In this document: positions 1 through 9,823 of the stretch, in pieces
Layout: the number at the start of each line of letters is the position of its first letter
How positions within the stretch are numbered: position 1 is the first letter of the stretch
Origin: a bacterium
GTDB taxonomy: Bacteria > UBA8248 > JACPRG01 > G963555815
Length of the DNA stretch: 64,000 bases
Direction of reading: 5' to 3'
NCBI GenBank assembly: GCA_965218795.1
Contig: OZ244653.1
Location: 3,136,001 to 3,200,000, forward strand
Translations under genes and position numbers: made by a program
Notes under the pieces: model-generated
The model's database searches: none
Told to the model about the DNA's origin: nothing
What the model saw: the letters and a program-made list of their open reading frames with translations, nothing else

Positions 1-478
1 CGGGGATTTCTTTATCGGTTTCAACGACCAGCTCGGGATCCTCCGGTTCCTCGTAGGGATCGGATACGCCGGTGAAGTTCTTGATTTCCCCACTGAACGC
101 CTTGGCGTACATCCCCTTCACGTCCCTGCGGGCGCACTCCTCCACCGGGCACTTGACGTAGACCTCCACGAAATTTTCGATCTGCTCGCGAACCTGTGTC
201 CGGATTTCGCTGTAAGGCGAGATGACTGCCGTGATGGTGGGCACCCCGTTTCGGTTGAGAAGGTGATTGAGGAAACCGACCCGAAGAATGTGAATGTCGC
301 GGTCCTTTTTTGAAAACCCCAATTCCGAGCTCAGGCGCCTGCGAACCTCATCACCGTCGAAGACTTCGACGTGAGGAAAATCCCTGGCGTACAATCTGTC
401 CTTGAGGATCAAGGAGAGTGTGCTTTTGCCCGAGCAAGGCAATCCGGTCATCCATACGGTAAAGCTCGATGAACCCAT
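1..478 (-). CDS. cysC: adenylyl-sulfate (APS) kinase, 3' end beyond window edge
   Basis: Not in ORF track; manual translation from ATG at 478 gives MGSSSFTVWMTGLPCSGKSTL (P-loop)...DGDEVRRRL..ELGFSKKDRDIHILRVG...ISPY...DVKGMY...FTGVSDPYEEP; directly downstream of sat. Confidence 0.93.
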   Translation of the reverse strand, partial: MGSSSFTVWMTGLPCSGKSTLSLILKDRLYARDFPHVEVFDGDEVRRRLSSELGFSKKDRDIHILRVGFLNHLLNRNGVPTITAVISPYSEIRTQVREQIENFVEVYVKCPVEECARRDVKGMYAKAFSGEIKNFTGVSDPYEEPEDPELVVETDKEIP

Positions 479-518
479 AGGCGTCCCTTCTTTTCGCTCG
501 ATCGGATCAGCGGTGAAC

Positions 519-1694
519 TCAGCCGACGCGTTGCGTGTCGCCCGCATAGGCTTGAATCAAGATCTTCGCCACCTCGGCCCGCGTCCATTCGGGGGACGGC
601 ATCTCTCCTTTTCCCAGCATCTCCCGGACTCTGGTGCCGCTCAGAAAGACGCGGTTTTCCGGTTCGTGGGGACAGGTCTTCGTCGTCGCCATCCCTTCGC
701 AGACGGTGCAGAAAAAGGAGTGATCGAACAAAAGCGGCTGGATGCCGATGGCCTCCGGATCAAATTCCTTGAAGATGTGGTGTGCGTCGTAGGTTCCGTA
801 ATAGTTGCCCACTCCGGCGTGGTCTCGGCCGACGATGAAGTGGGTGCAGCCGAAATTTTTCCGCACAATCGCGTGGAAGACGGCCTCCTTCGGTCCCGCG
901 TAGCGCATGGCGGCGGGAAATACGGACAGAACCGCCCGATCGTCGGGAAGGTATTTGTCCAGTATCACCTGGTAACAGTCCATGCGGACATTGGCGGGGA
1001 TGTCGTCGTCCTTGGTCGCTCCGACGAGCGGATGGATCATCAATCCGTCCACGCACTCCAGGGCCACCTTCATCAGGTATTCATGCGCCCGGTGGATGGG
1101 GTTCCGCGTTTGGAAGGCCACGACGGTCTCCCAATTCCGTAGCTGGAAGAGCATCCGCGTCTCTTTAGGCTCCAGATACCTGTGAGCCCATTCGGGGAAG
1201 GCGTTCCTGCGCAGCAACCTCACGGGACCGCCGAGAAGTACTTCACCCCTGCGGCGGAGCGTCTGAACGCCCGGATGATCGTCGTCCGCGGTCCGGAAGA
1301 CTTCCTGGGCCTCCTTGTCGAGATCGGCCGAAAACCGCTCCTCGACAGTCATCACCCCGACCCGGCTTCCGGTCTCTTCGTCAGCGAGGGCCACCTCATC
1401 GCCCTCGGAGACTCCGGCCGCTGTCCCGGCATCCGCGCCCAATACGATGGGGAGCGTCCAGGGCAGCCCCGACGAGGCCAAGTGACCCGTCTCCACCACG
1501 CTCTCGTAATCGGCCTTCCCCATGAACCCGCTGAGCGGGCTGTAGGCTCCGGTCGAGATCAACTCCAGGTCCGCCCGCTCCATCATCGTTAAGGGGACCC
1601 AAGGGAACTCTTCGGACCTTTCGAGAATGTCGGGCAGTTCTTCTTCGGAAACCGTTTGATCAATCAGCAGACCGCCGTGCGGCCTAATCGGCAT
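519..1694 (-). CDS. sat: sulfate adenylyltransferase (Sat type ATP sulfurylase)
   Basis: Motifs GAYSPLSGFM, AFQTRNPIHRAHEY, MRYAGPKEA, HFIVGRDHAGVG, LSGTRVREML. Confidence 0.97.
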   Translation of the reverse strand: MPIRPHGGLLIDQTVSEEELPDILERSEEFPWVPLTMMERADLELISTGAYSPLSGFMGKADYESVVETGHLASSGLPWTLPIVLGADAGTAAGVSEGDEVALADEETGSRVGVMTVEERFSADLDKEAQEVFRTADDDHPGVQTLRRRGEVLLGGPVRLLRRNAFPEWAHRYLEPKETRMLFQLRNWETVVAFQTRNPIHRAHEYLMKVALECVDGLMIHPLVGATKDDDIPANVRMDCYQVILDKYLPDDRAVLSVFPAAMRYAGPKEAVFHAIVRKNFGCTHFIVGRDHAGVGNYYGTYDAHHIFKEFDPEAIGIQPLLFDHSFFCTVCEGMATTKTCPHEPENRVFLSGTRVREMLGKGEMPSPEWTRAEVAKILIQAYAGDTQRVG

Positions 1695-1797
1695 CGTTCC
1701 GTCTCATGCAGGATAGGAAATAAGCGCGGGGAGAGCCCCCGGCTCGATATTACGCGCGTGTTCCGTTAACGCTATTCACACACCGCCCCAGAACCCG

Positions 1798-3096
1798 TCA
1801 AGACGCAACTGGAACGGGCTGACGGTAATGCGATTCCCGAATACTGAAGCTCAGGATGGAGGCCGTGACCAACAAAACGGCGGCCACGACAAACACAGGT
1901 GTATAGGAACCCGTCAGATCGAATACATACCCGCCGGCGAAGGCTCCGACGGCCGATCCAATCTGATGGATTCCGGAGATTGACCCGTACAGGAAGCCCA
2001 CGTTCCGGGAGCCGTAGATCTCGCGGGTCAGGGTCGCTGTCGGCGGCACGGTCGCAAACCAGGAGAATCCGGTCGCTATGGCGAAGATGTACAACGTCAG
2101 GTAGTTTTGCCATAAGGCGAAGAAGAGGAACGACATGCCCCGGATAAAATAGGTGACCGCCAAGGGATTTTTTCTGCCAACCCTGTCCGATATCCACCCT
2201 GAAAAGAGGGTTCCGAATACGTTGCAGAATCCGGCAGCGGCCACAGCCACGGCAGCTACACTGATGTCGAAACCCGCGTCCGTAACGTAGGAAGGGAAGT
2301 GAACAGCGAACAGCATGACGGTAAATCCGCATGTGAAGAAAGAACACGCAAGCAGCCAGAAGGGCGTGGTTCTCAATGCCTCGCGTCCGGTCAGGTGCTC
2401 CAGGTTATTGGAGCGAACGGCCGTTCTCGCCGAGGCGGAACCGGCGGTCCCCTCCCGGACGACTTCTCCATCCGGTAAGAGACCCATATCTTCCGGCTTG
2501 TTGCGAACAATCAGAAGAACCAGTGGAAATGCCGTTGCCAAAAGGATGATCCCCAAGAGCGGAAACGCCCATCTCCAGCCTATGGCCAGAATCAGGAAGC
2601 TCGACAGCGGGACGACGATCAACTGTCCCAGCGGCGCTCCGGCGTTGCAGATCCCGACGGCGGTTCCCCGCTTCTCGTGGAACCACTGCATGACGCACGT
2701 CGCACTGGGGACGAAGCTGGTGGAGGCGGCGCCGACGGCGACGATGACCCCATAGAACAGGTACACCATCCAAAGGTTCTGCGTGAGCCCCAGGAGCATA
2801 TAGCCCAGCGCAATCAAGGTGATTCCCGACGTGATCACCGGCCTGGACCCATACCTGTCGAGACAATGACCGATGAAGGGACTCAGCAAGGCAATCAGAA
2901 AATAGGCCAGCGAGACGGAGCCCGAAAGCTCGGTCCGGTTCCAGCCGAATTCATTCAGAAGCGGTTTGAAGAAAAACCCGATGGAAGCCGTCGTTCCAAA
3001 GGTCATGCATAAGGAAAACGTCAGTGTCGCCAGGACAAACCAGCCGAAAAAGATCCTGCGGCTCGGCCTGCCTTTGGATGTCATATCGGATGCCAT
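1798..3096 (-). CDS. MFS transporter (OFA/MCT-like)
   Basis: About 12 hydrophobic segments, motif A GHCLDRYGSR and GWISDRVGRK, WF..KRG.A.G, PEDMGLLPDG loop. Confidence 0.9.
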   Translation of the reverse strand: MASDMTSKGRPSRRIFFGWFVLATLTFSLCMTFGTTASIGFFFKPLLNEFGWNRTELSGSVSLAYFLIALLSPFIGHCLDRYGSRPVITSGITLIALGYMLLGLTQNLWMVYLFYGVIVAVGAASTSFVPSATCVMQWFHEKRGTAVGICNAGAPLGQLIVVPLSSFLILAIGWRWAFPLLGIILLATAFPLVLLIVRNKPEDMGLLPDGEVVREGTAGSASARTAVRSNNLEHLTGREALRTTPFWLLACSFFTCGFTVMLFAVHFPSYVTDAGFDISVAAVAVAAAGFCNVFGTLFSGWISDRVGRKNPLAVTYFIRGMSFLFFALWQNYLTLYIFAIATGFSWFATVPPTATLTREIYGSRNVGFLYGSISGIHQIGSAVGAFAGGYVFDLTGSYTPVFVVAAVLLVTASILSFSIRESHYRQPVPVAS

Positions 3097-3099
3097 GCC

Positions 3100-4386
3100 T
3101 TATCCCTCTGCCGGGACCATATCCCGGTACTTGGATTCCTGAATCAGAAAGCTCACGAAGGCCGCGCCCATCAAGAGGATGAAGGCCATGATGTAAGCCC
3201 CCTGGTACGACCCCGTCCGATCGAACACGAGTCCGCCAAGGTAGACCCCGGTCGCGGATCCCACTTGGTGCACCCCCGTCATGGCCCCATAAATCACACC
3301 CATGTTCCTGAGACCGTAGATGTCTCCCGCCAAACCCGCCGTCAAGGGGACCGTCGCAAAATAGGAGAACCCAATGACGGCGGCGAATGCGAACAGCGTG
3401 AACACATTCTGCCACACCAAAAAGATCAAAAACGAGAGACCCCGGACAAAGTAGGTGATGGCCAGGATGTTCTTTCGGCCCACCCGGTCGGAGACCACCC
3501 CGGCCGTCAACGTTCCGAGGACATTGAAAAACCCGGAAAAGGATACGGCAGCGGCGGCCGTCAGCGAGTCAAAACCCAGGTCGGTGGCATAAGGGACGGT
3601 GTGGATGCTGAACATCGTGACCGTAAATCCGCAAACGAAATACCCCCCCGATATCAGAAAAAAAGGGGATGTCTTCATGGCTTCCCGCCAGCTGAGGTGC
3701 GCCAAACTCCTCGACGGAGCGCCGGAGCTCCCCATCTTGGCAGCGGACGCATTCTCCGCCGGGCGGCCGTCGGGGCGCAGCCCCAGATCCCGGGGGTCAT
3801 TCCTGATGACGACAAGGATGACCGGCAGCGTGGTCACGGCCAAGATCACCGCACTGTAGACGAAGGCCTGCCTCCACCCCACTTGCTCAATCAAGAATGC
3901 CGCAAGATAGATCACCAACAGGAGGCCGAGCGCGCCCCCGGCATTCCCGATGCTGAGGGCCATTCCCCGCCGTTTCTCGAACCATCGGACCACCGTGGCC
4001 GAAACGGTGACAAAGGTGGTTGACGCCCCGCCCAGCGCCACCAAAACGCCGTAGTAGAAATACACGTGCCACAGCTTCGAGACGACGGACATCAGCCCGA
4101 AGCCGACGGCCATCAGAATGATTCCGACCACGAATACGGTACGAACGCCGAACCGATCGACGATTCGCCCGACGATGGGGCAGGAAATCGCAAACAGAAG
4201 AAACCCAACCGAGATACCCAGGGACAGATCGGCCCGAAGCCAGTTGAATTCCTCGATAATCGGCTTGAAGTACACGCCGATGGACGTACTGGTGCCGAAC
4301 GACATGCAAAGCACGAACGTCGTCGCGGCCAAGACATACCAGCCGTAGAAGACGCCAGTTCCGGATTTTGAACCGCTTGTCGTCAT
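3100..4386 (-). CDS. MFS transporter (OFA/MCT-like), paralogue of 1798..3096
   Basis: GRIVDRFGVR, VSDRVGRK, PRDLGLRPDG; visibly collinear with the adjacent MFS. Confidence 0.9.
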   Translation of the reverse strand: MTTSGSKSGTGVFYGWYVLAATTFVLCMSFGTSTSIGVYFKPIIEEFNWLRADLSLGISVGFLLFAISCPIVGRIVDRFGVRTVFVVGIILMAVGFGLMSVVSKLWHVYFYYGVLVALGGASTTFVTVSATVVRWFEKRRGMALSIGNAGGALGLLLVIYLAAFLIEQVGWRQAFVYSAVILAVTTLPVILVVIRNDPRDLGLRPDGRPAENASAAKMGSSGAPSRSLAHLSWREAMKTSPFFLISGGYFVCGFTVTMFSIHTVPYATDLGFDSLTAAAAVSFSGFFNVLGTLTAGVVSDRVGRKNILAITYFVRGLSFLIFLVWQNVFTLFAFAAVIGFSYFATVPLTAGLAGDIYGLRNMGVIYGAMTGVHQVGSATGVYLGGLVFDRTGSYQGAYIMAFILLMGAAFVSFLIQESKYRDMVPAEG

Positions 4387-4565
4387 GGAGATCTACGCAA
4401 TGTGAACATCCAGTCGGGTATTCGTCACTCGGAACAAACCCATCGTAACACGGAAAAGCCTCTCAAATCCCGTACCCCAGGTGGGGAAACAGAGAATTGT
4501 ACAATCCGTGCAGGCCGTGCAGGCTCAAGCGGCCTCAGGGACCGCCACAGGAGGGGACCGGTTCT

Positions 4566-5555
4566 TCAGCCGTCCAGCTTGAAGAGCCGGACCGCGTTCT
4601 CGCCCAGGGTCTTCTTCGTTTCGTCGTCTGGCCGTCCCCAGTCCTTGATGCTCGTGACCGACCTGTCGAGGTCTCCGATCCGAAACGGGAAGTCGCTTCC
4701 CAGCATCATTTGGTCCGCCCCCGCCAGGGCGTAGGTGCAATCAAGGGCGGGCTTGTAAAAGCTGGTGGTGTCGTAATAAAGCATCCCGTAATACTCGTGG
4801 GGATTCTTCGGGATGTTCTTCTCCGTATCCGGGTAGTTGTACCCCCAGCTGATCCGCTCGGCCAAAAACGGAAGCGCGCCGCCCAGGTGGGTGGCGATCA
4901 TCTTGAGATTCGGAAACTCCTCGAAGATTCCCTGATAGATGAGCTTGGAGTAATGGATGGTAATCTCGAACATGAACCCGATCAACGCCCCGAAATGATG
5001 GTCCTTGAGAAGCGGATGCTTCGCACCCACCGTCGGATGAAAGATGATCGGGACGTCCAGCTCGGCGGCCTTGGCGATAACGGGTCGGAACCGCTTGTCG
5101 CTGGCGGGAGTCCCCGCGATGTTGGCGAAAGTGAAAAGACCCTTCAGGCCGAGCTCCTTCACGGCACGCTCGAGCTCTTTGGCCCCTTCCTCCGGCTCCT
5201 GCATGTAGACGGAAGCAACGCCCGCGAAGCGATCCGGACGTTTGGCGCAGACCTCCGCCATCTCGTTGTTCAGGTCCCGGCACAAGGCGATTCCTTCCTC
5301 CGGGCCCAGAAGCTCTCCGTTGGGGAAGCCGTTGGTCAGGATTTGCATATCCATCCCGGCCTGATCCATCTGCCGAATGCGCTGCGCAGGGTCAAAGGCG
5401 GGCTCTACGATCGGGCCGTAGTCGATCCCGTTCCAGTAAATCGTCGGCAGGCCGGATTCTCCGTACCTGACCTCGAATTCGTGGCTCGAGCTGAGCGCAT
5501 CGAGGCGGGGAATGTACATCTTCGGGTAGATGTGCGTATGTACGTCGACAATCAT
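4566..5555 (-). CDS. amidohydrolase_2 family protein (ACMSD/IDCase-like metal-dependent decarboxylase or hydrolase)
   Basis: N-terminal DVHTH, IFHP, THLGGALPF, YYDT, LGSDFPF. Confidence 0.85.
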   Translation of the reverse strand: MIVDVHTHIYPKMYIPRLDALSSSHEFEVRYGESGLPTIYWNGIDYGPIVEPAFDPAQRIRQMDQAGMDMQILTNGFPNGELLGPEEGIALCRDLNNEMAEVCAKRPDRFAGVASVYMQEPEEGAKELERAVKELGLKGLFTFANIAGTPASDKRFRPVIAKAAELDVPIIFHPTVGAKHPLLKDHHFGALIGFMFEITIHYSKLIYQGIFEEFPNLKMIATHLGGALPFLAERISWGYNYPDTEKNIPKNPHEYYGMLYYDTTSFYKPALDCTYALAGADQMMLGSDFPFRIGDLDRSVTSIKDWGRPDDETKKTLGENAVRLFKLDG

Positions 5556-5800
5556 TGGGAAGCCCCTTCCACCAAAGTTCCGTAACCATTCGCCTCACCC
5601 CGGCATCTCGAGAATCAGCGATTGCAGGTGTCGAGATGGGATCCTCTTCGAGGACGAGCTTCTCAGCCTCGGCAACGCCGACAAGGCCAAGACCACGAAA
5701 CAAGACTTTGGTTCCGGTGATCGAATGCAGCACCGGCGGGTGTCGATATCGACACTCTAAGCGAGCCGCGTAGCGGTGAGCGGGCAGGTGGAACGCGTTG

Positions 5801-6076
5801 TCAGGCAGCGCCCTCGATCGTCCGCCCGCAGAATCGGCACACTCGCGCCTCCAGCTTTATGACTTCAGCGCAATGAGGGCACTTACGGCGCGTTCCACCC
5901 GACAACTGCTGAGCCTCAAGAGCGGTAACATTGGGCTTGGCCAGAAGCGCGTGGGGTAGCGCCACGATGAAAAGAAGTGCGCCGTAGATCCAGAATCCGA
6001 AAAAGCTCCGACCCTTGCGCCGCGCGATCGCCGCCGGAATAAGACCAAGGACCACAGGGAGTAAAAGAATCTCCAT
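5801..6076 (-). CDS. small membrane protein with C-terminal zinc ribbon
   Basis: Two hydrophobic segments (IARRKGRSFFGFW) then CPHC...CRFC; GGAGA RBS upstream. Confidence 0.75.
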   Translation of the reverse strand: MEILLLPVVLGLIPAAIARRKGRSFFGFWIYGALLFIVALPHALLAKPNVTALEAQQLSGGTRRKCPHCAEVIKLEARVCRFCGRTIEGAA

Positions 6077-6112
6077 GCAGAGCTATCTCCAGTAAGTGTG
6101 ACCACCGGTGGA

Positions 6113-6400
6113 TCACAAGTAAAGGGTCTCGCTGCATGGCAGCCTCGCGATGATGACATCTTGGTTTCCAAGCTTCGCGAGAACGGCACCCCGACAGAGC
6201 AGATTCACGCCCCCCATCTGACGCTCACACCAGGCATCGGCGCTATCTACGAACTTCATCGTATTGAGACGCCAGATGACCAGGGTGCGGCCTTCAGGCA
6301 CCGCGCCGAGCGGCTGCACGACGAAGAGCGTTAGCTGCGTCGTCACAAAGATGACAGCGGCGGCTATACCGATGAGCATGACGACACCTGAGAACTTCAT
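6113..6400 (-). CDS. small hypothetical membrane-anchored protein, possibly truncated by a premature TGA
   Basis: N-terminal TM, VVQPLGAVPEGRTL...DSADAWC...LLCRG; frame continues after the TGA as STGGHTYWR to TAG at 6083. Confidence 0.6.
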   Translation of the reverse strand: MKFSGVVMLIGIAAAVIFVTTQLTLFVVQPLGAVPEGRTLVIWRLNTMKFVDSADAWCERQMGGVNLLCRGAVLAKLGNQDVIIARLPCSETLYL

Positions 6401-6665
6401 CGAAGTTGCCGTCCGGCTTCGAGTTCTTGCAGGTCGCAGGACTCCATAATCTGATGGCTCCCGCCGATCACATCAGCAACTTGGGTGCAAATGGACCGGA
6501 GGCAACTTGGTTTCTCAAATCATAACATCAAGTGAAGGGCGAAGCCGAAAGGGTTCCAGTGATATTCCAAGCCGTGCGGTCCTTCGCCCTCGGAAACAGC
6601 CGCAACCCATGAATCATGAAGAGATTATTGAATTCGCTCATCCGTGAGCGATGCCGGCCGCCGTC

Positions 6666-8147
6666 CTAATGCCCGGTCGCCTCTTCCAGGTTGACCTCGA
6701 TGAATTCAGCAATAGAAGGATGAACGCGCTGCACCTCGTGGAACATCTGCTGAGCCACCCGCCGATAGGTGAAATGGCCGTTCGGGGCGCTCCTCAGCTT
6801 GACGACGTGCATGATCTCGCGGAGGTTGAGCGTCCAGAGCAGTCGGCGCCGGTGGGCGTTCAGGACGAAGTAACGCGCCTCGTTGGGGAAATCCTTCGAG
6901 TACCTGTCAAAACAGGATTCCGCCTGTTCAACCCCCGCCATGTAGTCCTCGCGGGCGTCTGCGTCATCAATGAGTTCGGGAGTGACGAACCCGTGCCGGA
7001 TGGTCGGCGGCTGGACGCTCTGCGTACACATCCTGTGCCGTTTGAGGTCCAGGTAGGCGCCCTGGTCGACCAGGCACTCGAAGGTGTAGGTCAGGTGCTC
7101 CATCTGGCGGAGGGGAATGTCGAAGCGATCAAGCCGCCGGAGGGCTTCTTCGATGACGGCGCGTTTTCGATCGTCGGGCAGACCCGCCACGCGCCCGCGA
7201 AGCTCCTCATAGGGAACGTCGGTATGGGGATACAGGATGGCGGCCGCGAGGCTGGATTCCGGATCTTCGGGATATTCAAGGAGACGGGTGTAGCTCTCCT
7301 CATCCGATACGGGTTCCGAGGCGGCCATGTCTTCCGCCAGCAATTGCACCGCCTCCCGGGTCTCCGACATGTAGGCGTTGTAGTCGGCATATTTCACGAG
7401 CGTGGGCACGGCCTGCTGGCAGACCTCTTTCAAGGTATCGCCGATTTGACGGATCTCGCTCAGCTCGTGACTTACCATCTTGCGGATGGCGTGCTCCAGC
7501 ACCCGGGCGTTGGCCGTCATGCCCACGTTGGCCAGCGCGGAAACGGGCAGGAGGAACCTCGCGCGGTCCAGGGCGTAAGCCCGCACGCGCACGCCGTAGC
7601 CCCGGTCGGATTCGCCTTCGCGCCGGGGAAGCCGCCCGGACCTCCGAAGGAAGGCGTCCAGCTTGTTCTGGAGGCCGAGGTAGTTTTCGAACATCCAGCG
7701 GGTCGCCTCCCGGTACTCTCCGGCCAGGGGGGAGGCGTCGATCTCCTCTGGAACGTAATAGTCGTCCACCGAGAAGATCTGGTAGCGGGAGGACTTCTCT
7801 GTATAGGAGGCGAGCCGGTTGGCCTCGATGACTTCGGTGGCGTACCGGCTCACGTTCTCGATGGCGATGGAGAGGACGGCGTGCTCGGCGACCGAGGCGT
7901 GCCCGTAGCCCACCACCCATTTCTCGTGAAACCGGGCGGAGGACTCATCCGTCAGCTCTTCGGCAATCTCATCGAAGGCCTTCGGCGACCGGCTCGTCTT
8001 GGCAAAGGCGACCGCCACGATTTCGGGCGGAAGATCCTTCAACAAATATACCCGACGACTTTTGCCTGTTTGTGGACTGCCGGGGTTTTGGGGGGCAGGG
8101 TTTCCGATGGAGGATTTCGCAACCGACGCCGACTCTGGGCTCATCAC
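6666..8147 (-). CDS. thyX: FAD-dependent thymidylate synthase, tandem two-domain form
   Basis: GHASVAEH, RLASYTEKSSRY, ARFLLP in domain 1; DLKRHR and NLRE..H..KLRS in domain 2; about twice single ThyX length. Confidence 0.88.
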   Translation of the reverse strand: MMSPESASVAKSSIGNPAPQNPGSPQTGKSRRVYLLKDLPPEIVAVAFAKTSRSPKAFDEIAEELTDESSARFHEKWVVGYGHASVAEHAVLSIAIENVSRYATEVIEANRLASYTEKSSRYQIFSVDDYYVPEEIDASPLAGEYREATRWMFENYLGLQNKLDAFLRRSGRLPRREGESDRGYGVRVRAYALDRARFLLPVSALANVGMTANARVLEHAIRKMVSHELSEIRQIGDTLKEVCQQAVPTLVKYADYNAYMSETREAVQLLAEDMAASEPVSDEESYTRLLEYPEDPESSLAAAILYPHTDVPYEELRGRVAGLPDDRKRAVIEEALRRLDRFDIPLRQMEHLTYTFECLVDQGAYLDLKRHRMCTQSVQPPTIRHGFVTPELIDDADAREDYMAGVEQAESCFDRYSKDFPNEARYFVLNAHRRRLLWTLNLREIMHVVKLRSAPNGHFTYRRVAQQMFHEVQRVHPSIAEFIEVNLEEATGH

Positions 8148-8335
8148 ACCGCTGCTTTCAGGAAGGGATTCTGCGAGGCTGAATTTCTGCAGGCGGAGAG
8201 GCCTGCGCTTCTTATATCAGATGGCGTTTCCGGGAGCAAATTCGAGCCGCCAATTGACATGCCGGCGGCAACTGGACGACGAGTGCGGGGCTTTCAGGCG
8301 ACTCCCCGACTGAGACTCTCGGGGGCATGGGAGGC

Positions 8336-9820
8336 CTAATGGGCCAAGGCGACGGCGGAGAGACCTTTCAAGAGTCCGGCCACGGAGGTCTGGGCGGCGC
8401 TGAAGAAGGGATGAGGATACAGCCCGATGAACAGGACGCCGATCACCATGATCGCGATGCCGACCGTCAAGGGGAAGGAATTCGACGTCTGAATCCGGCC
8501 CGTCGGTTCTTCCATATACATCAGCATGACGACGCGGAAGTAGTAATAAAGCGATATCGCGCTGTTCAGCATCCCGATGATGGCCAGCCAAACGAACCCG
8601 GCATCAATCGCCGCCGCAAAGAGGTAGAACTTGCCCACGAAACCTCCGGTCGGCGGGATTCCCGTCAAGCTGAGGAAGAAGATCACCAAAGCCAGGGAGG
8701 GCCAGGGATGCTCCCGGGCGAAACCCCGGAAGTCCTCCAGGTTGTCTCCCCGCATGTTCGGCCGGCAGAGGAGGATGATCAGCGCGAAAGCCCCGAGGTT
8801 CGTAAAGAGATAAGCCGCCATGTACAGCATGATGCTGGCGATCCCGGTGCTCGTCGCCACGACGAGCCCGATCAGGATATATCCGGCGTGCGCGATGCTG
8901 GAATAGGCCAACAGCCGCTTGAGGTTGGACTGGACGAGAGCGCCAATGTTGCCCCAGGTCATCGTGACCACCGCCAGGAGCCAGAGCAGGATGGTCCACT
9001 CGTCCTGGGAGCGGCCGAGGCCGACCATAAAAACCCGCACCAGAGCGGCGAAGGCGGCCGCCTTGGTCCCGACGGACATGAAGGCCGTAATGGGGGTGGG
9101 GGCTCCCTGATAGGCGTCCGGCGCCCACATGTGAAACGGCACCAAAGCCACTTTGAAGGCAAATCCGGCCGTCAGCAGGATGATGGACAGGGTCAGCAGG
9201 GGACTGGAGCCCGAGGGCTTTCCCAGGAGGGCCTCGCGGATGCCGTCCAGATAAATCGTTCCGGTGTATCCGTAAATGAGCGCGATCCCGTACAGGACGA
9301 TGGCCGAGCTGAATATCCCAAGCAGGAAATACTTGATGCCCCCTTCCTGCGACGCCAAGTCGCGCTTGAGAAAGCCCACCAGAATGTAAACGGGGATGGA
9401 GAGCAGCTCCAGGCCGATATAAATGGTCAACAGGTCGTTGCCCGAAGCCATGACCATCATGCCGATGGTCGAGAACAGCAGGAGGGAATAGTATTCACCC
9501 AGATTGATCTCTTCGATCTTCAGATAACGGAAGGAGATCAAGACGGTCAGGAAGGTGACGCCCAAAAAGATGAACTTGAAAAACGTGGAGAAATCGTCTA
9601 CCCGGTACATTCCGCCGAACGCCCGAGTGTCCTGTCCCACCATCCGGGCCAAAAAAATTCCAGTGACGACCAGTCCCACCAAAGTGAGGAACCCCACGAA
9701 GCCCTTTCGGGAGGGTGAGAGGAACAGATCCACCAGGATCACCAGGCAGACCAGGGCCGTCATGATGATCTCGGGCAGGATCGGGCCCAACTGAACCGTT
9801 GGCAGGAGAATGGGTTCCAT
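8336..9820 (-). CDS. nuoN: NADH-quinone oxidoreductase subunit N (operon 1)
   Basis: EGGIKYFLLG, FKVALVPFHMWAPDAYQGAPTP, KRLLAYSSIAHAGY. Confidence 0.95.
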   Translation of the reverse strand: MEPILLPTVQLGPILPEIIMTALVCLVILVDLFLSPSRKGFVGFLTLVGLVVTGIFLARMVGQDTRAFGGMYRVDDFSTFFKFIFLGVTFLTVLISFRYLKIEEINLGEYYSLLLFSTIGMMVMASGNDLLTIYIGLELLSIPVYILVGFLKRDLASQEGGIKYFLLGIFSSAIVLYGIALIYGYTGTIYLDGIREALLGKPSGSSPLLTLSIILLTAGFAFKVALVPFHMWAPDAYQGAPTPITAFMSVGTKAAAFAALVRVFMVGLGRSQDEWTILLWLLAVVTMTWGNIGALVQSNLKRLLAYSSIAHAGYILIGLVVATSTGIASIMLYMAAYLFTNLGAFALIILLCRPNMRGDNLEDFRGFAREHPWPSLALVIFFLSLTGIPPTGGFVGKFYLFAAAIDAGFVWLAIIGMLNSAISLYYYFRVVMLMYMEEPTGRIQTSNSFPLTVGIAIMVIGVLFIGLYPHPFFSAAQTSVAGLLKGLSAVALAH

Positions 9821-9823
9821 GGT

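Noticed and set aside
5392-5733. 113-aa ORF upstream of the amidohydrolase
   Set aside because: Overlaps the amidohydrolase out of frame, no motif, and lies in the scarred islet boundary
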